From assembly GCA_023213395.1 (NCBI GenBank), contig CM041465.1, positions 175,157,741 to 175,221,740 of the forward strand: a stretch of DNA of 64,000 nt. Direction: 5' to 3'. Below the pieces are notes generated by a model, which made no database searches, was not told where the DNA came from, and saw only the letters and a list, made by a program, of their open reading frames with translations. Both the position numbers and the translations under genes were made by a program. The stretch is from Cycas panzhihuaensis. Taxonomy: Eukaryota > Plantae > Cycadophyta. Position 1 is the first letter of the stretch; every line of letters starts with the position of its first letter. This document shows positions 48,630-61,525 of this stretch, in pieces.

Positions 48630-51600
48630 TGTTAGTAGGTAATGTTTTATCTAGGCATTACAAAGGGTCATTAAATAAACCCTTAATCGTGTAACTCACA
48701 TATGTAAATGTGACAAGTGTCATGTCTTTAGAAGTCGGTTACAAAACTTGTCATAACGGTTACAAGACTCATTGTATATTTAAGAGATCATCTCCTCAAT
48801 GAAATCAATTCAGTCCTGCTCATCAGCCATCTGTTTCTCTGAATTAAACTAACATGGTATCAGAGCAGGTCTGACTGCTCATCCGGAGGAAGGAGACCTA
48901 ACAATTTGGAGATCAATTCAAGGGATCAAGTCTTCAAGAAGAAGACACAAGTCTAGAAGACTCTCTGGTACGGAATCGCTTCATTAATTGCCTGTATACA
49001 GATCTATACGAACATGAAAAATTCAAAGTTCTCAGAATGTAATGAAATTTGGCGGGTCGATAGATCTCAACATGCTCGTCGACATTCTCAACTAGCTCGA
49101 CACTGTTTGAAGCCGTTTTGAGGTCCATTTAGAAGAAAAACTAGTCCACATAGGTTTGAAGAGAGTACAGTCAAAATAGCTCCAAATCTCGCCTAAAACC
49201 GGATAAAGACCATCCTAAAATCTTTGTTCCTTCGATGCTGAAGTTTTAAATCCATTTTCATCGATTTTCATGAAGTAATTTCTGAGTTATAAGCAAAAAC
49301 GAGCATAAACCCTAGTTGCCCATCCACGCTTTCGAGGTTGTTTTCTCTAGATTGGAAAGTCATCTTCAAAAACTGATCGTAGATCCATATTAAGGGTGAG
49401 AAGACCTCCTTTTTTAGGTATTTTTTGTTCAAGTCCGTACACCTAGGGTTTTGTACGGGAAATCCATACAATTGTACGATCAAGCTAGTCCAGGTCATTT
49501 TCTCAACATTAATAATGGTTGCACCTATCTATGGTCTGTCTAAGCAAGATAAACTCACAGACAGTAATTACCCTATTTGGAAAATAAAAATTGAAACTCT
49601 ACTCAGGGCCATAAATGCTTGGAACATTGCCCTTGGCATAAAAACAAACCCCGATGATGCAAGTGCAACATTGCCTAACTGGCTTGAAAGAGATAATGTT
49701 GGAGTGATCATTCTTAAGCTTTTTATTTCTGATTCTCTCTTGGTGTATGTGGAAAAACCAAATTCAACTTCAGCTATTTAGAAGTGCTTTGAAAACCCTT
49801 TTGGTTAGAAAAATAAAGCACGAATATTTGCCTTAAAGGAAGTGTATAAGTCACATATAAAGGAACATGATACAGTGACTGAATTTATACATAAGGTTAC
49901 TTCACTTAGAAATGGTCTTCTAAGTGCTGGAGAAATCATTCCTGAACCAAAACTTGTTCAAATGGTAGCCAGTAAACTGCCAAAGTCCTTTGATGTAACC
50001 ATCAATACTATCACAAATAGTAATCAGATTGATGCAATGACACTTGATGAGTTGACTGAATATTGCTAAGGTAGGAACAAAGAAACAAGCAGTATGAAGA
50101 TTCAACAGAACTAGAAGATGCCTTTGCTTCTAGGTTAAACCTGGGACGTCGAGGATGAAGCCAGTCACGTGGAAGCAGGCGAACTCTAGATTCAAGGTGT
50201 TATGCTCGTGGTCGATATCAAGATAATAGAGGACGTGGACGAGGTAGAGACTCCAGAATGTGTTTCAACTGTGGCAGACCTAGACATTTTACTAGTGTCT
50301 GCAGAGTGTTCGATATGTGTTATCATTGCGGACAATCAGGACACTATCCCTATTAGTGTCCTCAGAGGAGAGCAGATATTCAGAGAGGGAAAAGATTGGT
50401 GGGCAGCGACAACAAAGAACAAATTGAGGAGGAAGAGGAGGAAACAACATTTGTGGTCGCATTATCAGCAGGATTGAAGGAAAAAGACACCTGTTTCATC
50501 GATTCAGGAGCTTCACAACACATGACAAATCATCAAGATTGGTTTGAAACTTTGAAACCTTGTGACATCAACAAATCAGTGGAGCTAGGAGATAAGTATC
50601 CACTTGGAATTAAAGGAGTAGGTACTATCTTAGTTAACATACAAGGAAATGTAAAGAAAATTGGAAATGTTCTGTTGGTCCCTGACCTAAAGACGAATAT
50701 TTTGTCTGTTTCACAACTTAGCAAAAAAGGGCTAAGAACTGTGTTTGTCACATATTAGATATGAAAAACAATGGAGAAATAATAACAAAAGACATTAGAT
50801 GTAATGATCTATATAAACTGGTCTCAGATCCTGTAATACCCAGTCTGGGTCCAAAAGTTTGTACTGTTGTGAATTCTGATAATAAAATGTGGCATTTGAA
50901 GTACGTGCATCTACCAATAGAAACATTAAAACAAATGAAAAAAAATCTGATATGATACATGGATTGCCTCACATCTCCTTAGAAAAGTTTGTTTACAAAG
51001 GATGCTAATTTGGAAAGCATCATAGAATACCATTCAATGAAAGCAAATGGAGAACACAAAGCAAATTAGAATTGATTCACACAAACCTTTGTGGACCACT
51101 CACACCACTTTCGATAAATGGTTGCAAGTATTTTTTAACCTTTATTGATGATTTCACTAGGAAAGTTTGGGTATCCTTCTTACATAACAAATCAAAAGTC
51201 TTTGAAGTCTTCAAGGAGTTTAAAGCAGCAGTAGAATAGGAATCCGAAACCAAAATAAAGTGCATCAGATCAAATGACGGTGGGGAGTACATTTCTAATG
51301 AATTCCTAACTTATTGCAAGTAGAACGGGATACAGAGACAAGTCACCACACCCTGCAACCCACAGTCCAATGGGATTGTTGAGAGGAAAAATAGAACCTT
51401 GATGGAGATGGCTCGAAGCATGGTCCATTAAAAGCAGGTTCCCAAATCATATTGGGCAGAAGCAGTTAATACAGCCTGTTACCTTATAAACAGGAGTCCA
51501 ACTAAAGCCTTGGAGAACGTCACACAAGAGGAAGCGTGGACAAGTAAGAAACCTAATGTCAGTCTGCTTAAAGCATTTGGTAGTCAAGCCTATGTGCATA

Positions 51601-53832
51601 TACTAGATAAAAGAAAATAAAAAATTGATGCAAAGAGCATAGAATGCATTATGATAGGGTATAACAAAAATTCAAAATCCTACAAATGCATTGATCCAAA
51701 AACAAACAAGATTTATGTTAGCAGTGATGTAGTTTTTAATGAAGAAAGTTTGGATTCTCAATCTCAAATTAAAATAATTGAGGAAGAAATAAAGAACTCA
51801 AGTAGAGAAGTCTCCACAGAAGAAACATTGGATATTACTACAGAAGAAATTCCACCTATGGAATCATCCTCATCTCATATAGATTCAGCTAAAGAAGGAA
51901 GCTCAATACAGGAAGCAGACTCTCATTTAGTACATTCAAGAACCTTAGAAGGCTCAAGAAAGGAAAAGAAATTGCCCAAATGGTTCATCAAAACGATTGA
52001 AGGAGGAGGGAGCATACTTCATCACAAAACAAGAAGTCAACAACCAAAAGCTCTACTCGGTTGAACTGAACCTCAATCATTTCAAGAGGCTCAGGATCAA
52101 CCAAAATGGAAGGCAACCATGGACGCTAAGATGGATTCAATTATTAGAAATCAAACATGGGACCTGGTAGAACTTCCTCCAAACAAACCAGTAGTTAATT
52201 GCAAATGGGTTTATAAGGCCAAAGAAGGAGCTAATGGGAAAATCGAAAAATACGAAGCCCATCTTGTTGCAAAAGGGTATACCCAAAAAATTGGAATTGA
52301 CTTTGAAGAAACTTTCACTCCTGCAGCAAAATTAGACACAGTAAGAGCTGTGATTGCACTTGCAGCATTACATAACTGGAAAATCTTTCAGTTAGATGTA
52401 AAAAGTGCATTTTTGAATGGAGACCTTGAAGAAGATGTGTATATGACACAACCTGAAGGGTACGTTAAGGAAGGACTAGAATATTTGGTGTGCAAATTAA
52501 AAAAGGCTTTGTATGAGCTAAAACAAGCCCCTCGTGCATGGTACACCAAACTAGATCAACATTTGTGTCACAACGGATTTCAACGTTGCAGTTCAGACTC
52601 CAGCCTATACCTAAGGAAAAAAGATGGTCTAATTAGCATAATTGTTGTTTATGTAGATGATATGATCCTCACAGGAAATGATGAAAAAACAATTACAGAG
52701 ATAAAAGGGCAATTGGAAAAGTAATTTGAAATGACAGATCTTGGTCTTTTTAAATATTCTCTGGGATTGGAAGTGATTCAACAACAAGATCACATTCCCA
52801 TCTCACAAAGCAAATATATAAAGGACTTGCTAAACAAATTCAGGATAACAGACTGCAATCCATGTGCAACAACCATGGAAATCAACTGCAACTTGGTAGC
52901 AGATGAAGGAGAACAACTAGTTAACGTCACTCTATATAGACAACTGATTGGTAGTCTGATTCACCTTATAGCCACTAGACCCAATATATCTTACTTAGTC
53001 GGAGTCGTCTCTAAGTACATGCAGGAACCCAGAGTAAGATACTGGAAAGCTCCTCAAAGAATACTAAGATATCTACAAGGAACGATTGATCTAAAATTGA
53101 TCTACTCACGAAAAGGATCAGTAGAACTTATAGGATATTGTAACTCATATTGAGTAGGTGATAAAGAACAAAGAAAATCCACAAGTGGCTATTGTTTTTT
53201 CTTGGGACTAGCTACGATTTCATGGTGCATCAAAAAACAGTCTACCATTGCACTCTCTTCAACTGAAGCCAAATACAAAGCAGCTGTAATTGCAACTTGT
53301 GAAGCACTATGGCTCCGACAACTTTTGATTGATTTAAATCAACCTTAGAGCCAAGCGACAACTTTATATTGTGACAATCAGAGTGCTATCAAATTGACCA
53401 AGAATCCAATTCTTCATGCCAGAACTAAGCACATAGAAGTTCATCACCACTGCATAAGAGAAAAGGTTCACAATAAAGAAATCGAGTTGGAGTACTGTTC
53501 TACTACAAAACAAACTGCAGATCTATTAACAAAGTCATTGGGAAAAGAAAAGTTCCAATTTCTGAGAGACAAAATAGGACTGCGAGAGATAAAACATCAA
53601 GAGAGGGTGTTAGGGGGTAATGTTTTATCTAGACATTACAAAGGGTCATTAAATAAACCCTTAATCATGCAACTCACATATGTAAATGTGACAAGTGTCA
53701 TGTCTTTAGAAGTCGGTTACAAAACTTGTCATAATGGTTACAAGACTCATTGTATATTTAAGAGATCATCTCCTCAATGAAATCAATTCAGTCCTGCTCA
53801 TCAGCCGTCTGTTTCTCTGAATTAAACTAATA
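48630..53832 (+). mobile_element. Structurally complete Ty1/copia element (5.2 kb) with 225-bp LTRs
   Basis: LTRs 48630-48854 and 53608-53832 (about 8 substitutions). TSD CAACT/CAACC. Perfect PBS at 48855-48866 abutting the LTR; PPT AAGAGAGGG at 53599-53607. Confidence 0.97.
49515..53607 (+). pseudogene. gag-pol: Copia gag-pol with all domains, interrupted by stops and frameshifts
   Basis: Gag NYPIWKIKIETLL; two degenerate knuckles near 50260-50360; FIDSGASQHMT; HTNLCGP..FIDDFTR..RSNDGGEY; QLDVKSAFLNG / YVDDMIL; HARTKHIEVHHH. Confidence 0.95.
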
Positions 53833-53859
53833 CAACCAATGCTTAAGAGAATTACTAAT

Positions 53860-54385
53860 TCCTTTTGGATGGCTAAGTAAGGGCACTTAATTAATTTGTC
53901 TAAATAAATGCATATGGATTATTAATGATCAATCAATAATCAAGCAACTATTGGTAGTTAGATCATGTCTTGCCTTGCATGTTAATGAACATATTGATAC
54001 AATATGAAACATAACAAAGGGTTGCAACCCTTGGCATCCTAAAGAAAAGTATTAAGATGTAAGCACACATAAATTTGAGAATTGGGTCATTGATGCAATA
54101 CTATATGCTTGCCTCATTGTACATCAATGGCCATTTTGGATGGCCATGTAAGGGCACTTAATTATGTGGATTATCAGTAATGTTGGTCACCGATAGGACA
54201 ACTATTAGTAGTTAGACTACGGTCGCCTTATTTGCTAATCAATGTATTGATAAAGAATGAAACATAATAAACATTAAGAAATAGTTGTCAATTGTAACTG
54301 CCAAAAGTTGCAACCATCCTCGCATCCTAAGTGTCAAGATGCATTACTGACATACAGATAGATTTGAGAACTTGGTCATTTATGT
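53860..54385. repeat. Degenerate tandem duplication of a ~270-bp unit
   Basis: TTTTGGATGGC..GTAAGGGCACTTAATTA, CAACTATT.GTAGTTAGA, GTTGCAACC..GCATCCTAA and TTTGAGAA..GGTCATT each occur twice in the same order. Confidence 0.8.
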
Positions 54386-54885
54386 TATGTTCCCAAATAA
54401 GAAAGAAATCATTAATTTTACAAATAATGTGAAGTCGGTTTTTAGGAAGATAAAGGAGGATTTATTTAATGTATTTTTAATATATATGAAGTCGATATTT
54501 TTAGGAGAGAGAATTAGAAGATAGTTTTAGAAAGAGAAAAGCAAAGCTATAAATAGAGTAGCCTTACTCTTTTGTAATCATCTTTGGAGAATATGATATT
54601 AGATTGGAAATAATGACCTAGGGCCATTAGCCATTGTTATGCCACCTGGGATGGAAACCTCGCCTCAAAGAGGACAATATTGCCATTGGAGTTTCATATG
54701 ATATTACAATTATATTACTATTATAATCTAATAACTATTGCAATTTCTAATATTATTCTGTGGATGGGCTATTATATCTGATTTATGATGGAGATCTACT
54801 GTGGTGCATGTTGTGATGTTAGCCTATGAATGATTTCTATTGAAAACTATGAATATTTCTATCTTTATCGGTAGGCACCGCTACA
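54383..54885 (+). mobile_element. Gypsy-type 5' LTR with PBS; partner LTR not found in window
   Basis: TATA (CTATAAATAG, ~54547), ends GCTACA, PBS TGGTATCAAAACC at 54887-54899. Homologous to 696-1128 (inverted) and 57784-58420. Start approximate. Confidence 0.75.
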
Positions 54886-56609
54886 TTGGTATCAAAACCA
54901 ATGTGATCACTAGAAACCAAACAAACTCTATGGTATAAATATAGAGTGGGTATCCATAGACAACATCAAGTGCTTTCATAGACAAGCATATGTTTGGAAG
55001 AACACTTCAATGGAGCAAGTGCTTACGTGCTATCTTGCAAAACTATCTCTGGAACAAGAAGAAGCGCCCCCTCTACGAGCATGTAATTGTCAATATCTCA
55101 CTCAAGAGTGTGATTAACTTCTAGAAGTACATGCAAGTCAACACAACAACATTGCAAGTTCATATGAGATCGAAAGGGCATCTTCTGGCGGGGGATATCA
55201 ACAATAATCTGTCTCTTCGTCTCTGCGTAGATTGAGAGGATATCACGAGTAGTGCATTAGTCACAATTGAATGGTACATCTCATAGATGACCAGTAGTCT
55301 TGTTTGACCCATCATAGAGGTATTCATCACGGTGTGAAAGAGGTCATTTAGAGATTCAACATGCAGACTTGGAGATATTCATCACTACCATCTAGAGATT
55401 TGGAAAAATCCATTCGAGGTGATCTGCAATCTATGTGAGAAGGGAAACAACTATAGAATAGAAGATGTAAGCAAGCAAGAAACAAAGGAAAATTCTCCAC
55501 GTAGGAAGAAATCACACGTAGAGCAATGACTTCGCGAGACGATCGAATTTGAAGGACAGAAATGATGAATCAACAGGGACAAGCCGTAATGCGGCAGAGG
55601 AGAAAATATCCACGTAGAAAATTTTCGCAATCATAGGACTATATTATTTATTTATTTCCCATATGGTTTTAGAAATTGAACTATATTACATGAGTTTTGA
55701 GTTCCAATGCCCAACTCCTTTTCTTGTTAGTGGATGGTCATATGATCACCTCACATGACCAAGGGCTAAGTCCAAAAAAGTGTTAATATTTTTCTTTTTA
55801 GCTATTCTTTTCTAAGAGGATACCTGGACGTTTTCATTCATAATTATAGCTACAGGTATTCGACTCTAATTTCATCTAAATCGTTGGAGTCCTAATTCAA
55901 CGATGATCAATTTAAATGGTTACAAGGGACAATTTTCATCAATCTTTGGGTAAATCTTAATCCATGAAGTTGCATCTCTTGTTGGCTAAGGAAAAAGAAT
56001 GGAAGCCCTAACAAAAGCAATAGAGAGGTTGTACTTAATGCGAAATTTTCAAAATGTCCAAGATTTCTACCTAAGAGGAAGCATGATGGCTACACAATGG
56101 CTTCAGCATATCAACACATATAGAGGACTCACCAAATATATAATTTGAAGTTTACAAACTGTGTGTTTAGCGACACTTAATAGGAAAAACCCCTAATTGG
56201 TTCATTAATTGGCCAAGAAAACCAAGAGTACTCAATAAATAGATATGGTTTCAAGTCTCATTTTCTATAGTAGCTAATAAATTTGCAACAACCCAGCTCC
56301 ATGTTAGAAATAATATATTTATCTGTAGGCCAGCCTACAGTAAATCTAAAGTTCAGAATGAGCATCCTTGTTTATTTAGAAGACGACTAGAATAAATTGT
56401 GTTGTGGTGTAAATGTTTATTGTATTATTGAAGTCAATTTCAGTATAAAGATATTTTCTCCTCATGAGGTTGGCCACAATGTGAGGGTCTTGACCATACT
56501 ATATAAAGACACTTTGTACACCATTTTAGGTAATCATTTGGAGGAGATTTTTCTCCATTCTTTCAGCTCTCTATTTCTGCTAGATTTTTGTTGTTTGTGT
56601 TTGTTTGCA

Positions 56610-59600
56610 AATATGCATAAGGTGTAACTTTCAACACTCTAGAGGACACAAAAATCTAAGGTGAAACACATCACAAAGAAGACAAACACCAAGAGGCGGA
56701 AACACATCAACTTCAACTGATGCATGCGCAACATGAAGATGCCAAGGAATTGGGGCAAGTAGACAAACTAACAAAAGAACGGGAAGAATAGACCCTTGAT
56801 AGGGAGATTCTGGAAGCTATGCATGGGTTTCTAAAACCAATCAAGAGGCCAAGGTTTCCAAGGAGCCCAGAGGGGAAGAAACTTAATAAAGCAAGTAACA
56901 CACCTTGGAGGCCTATTGTCTACTATATAGATGCAATGAAGAAGGCCATAAGGCCTATGAATGTCCTCATTATTTTAACCAATAAAGAAACCAAAGGGAA
57001 TAACCAAGAATAAACTTGGCTTAAGTAGAGGAACAGGAACAACCTACAAAAGTTGTAGTAGATGCTGGGGATAACCTAATGTTAAGAAGAACTTTGATCA
57101 CTCCAAAATAAAATCAAGCATAGGAAAAGGTAAAAGCAAAGGATGATGACGAATCATGGCTACGCAACAATATCTTCCAAACGAGATGCACTTTAGGAGG
57201 TAAGATTTGTAACGTTGTTATCGATAGTGGTAGCTGTGAAAATATGGTATCCACTGAAATGGTAGAAAAGCTAGAATTGCAGTGTGAAAAGCATCCTACT
57301 CTTTCAAAATTTCTTAGATAAAGAAAGGGAGTGAGGTAGCAATAAACAAAAGATGTTTAGTATAATTTACCATTGCACAAACATATTGTGATGAGGTATG
57401 GTGTGATGTCCTCCCAATGGATGCATGCCATGTGCTATTGAGGAGGCCATGGAAGTACGATAGGAATGCCTATCATAATGGGAGAAAGAATACTTACATC
57501 TTTTGGAAGAATTGTGTAAAGGTTGTATTACTGCCTATGAAGGAAGAAGGGCAGGCAAAGACTATGCTAACCACAAAGAAATTCTTTAGGGAAGTAGGAG
57601 AGACAGGGACTTGTTACGCCTTGGTGATGAATTGAGTTGAAAACGCTAAGGAGCAAGTATCAATGCCACAAGAAGTGGCCAAACTTTCACAAGAGTATAG
57701 TGACATCATGCCAAATGAATTGCCAAAGGGCTTACCCCCAAAGAGAGACATCTAGCATCAGATTGATTTGATTCTAGGATCCCTGAGGAAAATGAATAAT
57801 TAAATTGACAAGTTGGTGAATTAATAAACAAAGGGATGGTCAAATATAGTGTTTTCAAAAGGAAGAAGAAGTCAGTTTTCTATAGAGGGAATTGTTATTA
57901 TGAAGTCTATTTTTAGGAGGATTACAAAAAGAGTCATTTAATATATTTTATTATGAAGTCAGTTTTTTTAGAAAGAGTTAGAAGTTGGTTTTTGAGAGAG
58001 AACTAAAAGCTATAAATAGAAAGCCTTGATCATTTGTAAAATAATGTTGGAGAATTTATTATTATAAGGGATAATGACCTCGCACCATTAGGGCACACTA
58101 TGCCAAACTAGAGGATAGCTCTCACCTCGAAGAGGGTACCAACACTACCGGATATTGTATCAGGTTCTGTTATTACTATTTTACTACTGTTGTTATTACT
58201 ATTATTTATTTACTATTGTTATTTATCAATATATGGATGCAGTATTATATGGATGAATAAGCTATTGTCTGTTGAATAATTATGGTGAATTGTTCTGTTG
58301 TAAGTATATAAGAAATCTGTTGTGAATAATATGAGTCATTAGTGTGAATGTACTATTGCCATGAAAGTATCAATATCTGCTATGAATATTCCCTGTTGCA
58401 TTTGGATTGGGCTTGCTACATAAGAGAAAAGATGAGTCCATGTGCAACTCTTGCACTCTTGACTCCAAAGAAGGATGGCTCTTAGAGGATGTGCATTGAT
58501 TGCAGGGCAATCAACAAAATCACAATTAGGTATAAGTTTCAAATCCCTCGAATGGATGACATGTTAGATGTTTTGGCAAGTGCATCCTACTCCACCAAAA
58601 TCGACTTTAGAAGTGGATATTATCAAATTCGGATTCGGCAAGGAGATGAATGGAAGACAACCTTCAAAACAAGGGATGGACTATATGAGTGGTTGGTCAT
58701 GCCATTTGAGATGTCAAATGCCCCGAGTACATTCATGAGGTTAATGAACACCATCTTGCAACCATATATTGGTAAATTTGTAATTGTTTATTTTGATGAT
58801 ATTTTGATATATAGAAAAACTAAGAAGGAGCACATATTGCATCTAAGGATGGTGTTAGATGTGTTGAAAGTAGGGAAATTGTATGTGAACTTAAAGAAAT
58901 GCAAGTTCATGCAAAGTAGCCTAGCATTTTTCGAATTTGTAATATCTCAAGATGGGCTGCAAATGGATGATGAAAAAATTAGAGCCAATGTTGAATAGCC
59001 TACATCTAGGAATGTAATAGAGGTGAGGAGATTCCATGCTCTAGCTACATTTTACAGAAAGCTTATTAGTAATTCTAGTGGTGTCATTACTCCCTTGACA
59101 AATTGTACTAAGGGAAAGGAGTTTGTTTGGAATAAGACAACAAAGATGAGCTTTAGGCTAATGAAGGAAAAGGTGACAAAGGCACTCGTGTTGGCACTAC
59201 TAGATTTTAAAAAGGTGCTTGAGGTCGATTGCGATGTTTCTCATGTAACTATCGGGACCGCGTTGAGTTAGGAAGGAAGACCAATAACATTTTACAATGC
59301 AAAGTTGAATGAAGTGAGAAAGAAATATTCTATCTATAATATAGAATTCTTTGCTATTGTGCAGACTCTAAGGCATTAACAGCACTATCTTGTGCCCAAG
59401 GAGTTCATTTTGTTTACAGACCACCACGAATTATGGTGTCTAAACACAAAAAAAGTTGAATGCTAAGCATGAAAATGGGTATCATATCTACAAGGATTTA
59501 CTTTTATCCTAAAGCACAAATCAAAAAACCAAAATTAGATTGTTGACACCTTGAGCAAAAAGGTAGCACTAATAACCACTATGGTTAGTGAAGTGGTTGG

Positions 59601-61049
59601 GTTTGATGCTTTAAAATATTTATATGGCACTGATCCCAATTTTAGCAGAGCTATGGAATACTACAGGAATCCTTTAGCTAATGGGAGTGGACCTGCGTAT
59701 GATGCTTATTTTAAACAGCATGGGCATTTGTTTAAAGGAAAGCAAACATGCATTCCAATTAGGTCCATGAGGGACAACATCATAAGAGAAATGCATGGTA
59801 GGGGACTTGGAGGGTACTTTGGCCAAAACAAAACCATAGCCATGGGGGAGGAAAACTAATTTTAGCCAAAGATGAAATGAGTTGTTGCCAAATATATGGT
59901 TAGGTGTAAGACCTATCAAGTAGCTAAAGGACATATACAAAACACTAGATTATACATGCCATTATCAATTCTAGAGGGGCCATGGATGAATTTGAACATG
60001 GATTTTGTGTTGGGATTGCCTAACACCCAACGAGGTAATGATTCCATTTTTGTTGTTGTTGACAGGTTTTCAAAAATGGCTCATTTTATTGCATGCAGAA
60101 AGACTAGCGATGTAACTAGAATAGCAAATCTATTTTTAAAAATAACAGGGATACTAAATTTCTATCACTTCTGAAAAACCTTATGCAAGAAGTTGGGAAC
60201 CAAGCTACAATTCAATAGTGCATACCACCCACAAATTAATGGGCAAACAAAAATAGTGAATAGGAGTTTGAAAACTTGTTAAGGTGTATTTTTGGAGAGA
60301 AACCTAAGTAATGGAACTTGGCACTATCATAGGCTGAATTTGTCAATAATAGTTCTGTGAACAAATCTATTGGTAAGTCACCATTCTAGATTGTATATGG
60401 TAGAAATCCAAAGGGAGTTTTGGATTTGGCCTAGTTGCACATTGAAGATAAGATCAGCGATAATGTAAAAGCCTTTGCCGAACACATGCAACAGGTGCAT
60501 GATGAGGTGAGGGGGAAATTGCAGGATAGTAATGATAAATATAAGGCAACAACATATCTCAATAGGAGAAATAAGGTATTTGCAGAGGGGGATTTGGTGA
60601 TGTACTTGAGGAAGGACAAATTTCTTCAAAGCACATACAACAAACTGAAATATAAGAAGATAGGTCCTTGCAAGATTATGAAGAAAACCAATGACAATGC
60701 TTATGAGGTGAATCTACCCCATGACCCTACTATATCACATGTTTTAATGTTTCTGACTTGTATTCTTTTCATGAAGGAGAATATGAGCCAGAAGACAAAG
60801 CAGAAGAGGTGAATTAGAGGCAACAAATACCTAGGAAGCAGAGGAAGAAATTGAACAGGTATTGGACATGAAGACAATTCACACAAGGTAAGGTAGTTAT
60901 GACAAGTATCTGGTTCAATGGAAGGAGCTACAATAGGAGGATAATATTTAGATTTCTAAAAGTGAACTAAAGAAACTCAACATGGACAATTGGTAGGAGT
61001 TTCAGAACAGTAACTCGTAGGAGCTAAGTTCTTTTCAAGCAAAGGAGGA
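56610..61049 (+). pseudogene. gag-pol: CRM-like Ty3/gypsy gag-pol remnant with C-terminal chromodomain
   Basis: YRCNEEGHKAYEC knuckle; CNVVIDSGSCENMV and MDACHVLLRRPWKYDR protease region (CRM style); [18 protein letters not shown]; [20 protein letters not shown] integrase; KYLVQWK chromodomain. ORF end overlaps PPT AAAGGAGGA. Confidence 0.9.
57784..58420 (+). mobile_element. Solo gypsy-type LTR (637 bp) in the CRM-like pol, no TSD
   Basis: TGAGG...GCTACA; homologous to 54383-54885; separates HQIDLILGS from REKMSPCA. Confidence 0.8.
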
Positions 61050-61525
61050 TGATACAAGAGCATCTACAAATCCCTAGTTCAGAGAGTCACCTTATTGAGA
61101 CCATAACTTTTGACTCGGTTGTCTGTTTTGACCCAATTTTTTGAAGGAGCTAGATCTTTGGATTTACATTGTATTGCGCTCTACGGACTACAAATTCAAT
61201 TTTTTTGGTTCCCAAACCCATTTGAGATCACCTGCTTGCTCAAAATTAAAATTTATAATTATTTGTCATTTTTTAAAAATTTTGAGTATGAGATTTCTTG
61301 GTTAGTATTAGTTTTACCTTTTTAGTGTTCTTGTGAGGCCCATTATATGTTTAACTACCCATGGGTCAATTTTTACACAATTTGGAGTACTTTCAAAAAC
61401 TTACTATAAATAGAAAGTTTTAGATTTGGGAGTTTTTTTTCCCTCCAAGTTTGTTTCCTAATTTTAGAGAATGGTAGTTAGGGTTTTTGCATGGCCAAAG
61501 GCCATCGATTTGTATACTTATGTAT
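61050..61525 (+). repeat. 3' LTR (interrupted) of the CRM-like element
   Basis: TGATAC immediately after the PPT; TATA CTATAAATAG at ~61404. Cut by the next copia. No matching 5' LTR seen in the window. Confidence 0.65.

Noticed and set aside
55600-56600. 5' LTR of the CRM-like element or an env-like ORF
   Set aside because: No alignment to 61050-61525 by eye, no PBS and no sustained ORF. Left unannotated.
54383-58420. LTRs 54383-54885 and 57784-58420 as the two ends of one element
   Set aside because: They are quite diverged and differ in length, no PPT precedes 57784, and pol continues on both sides of the second LTR.
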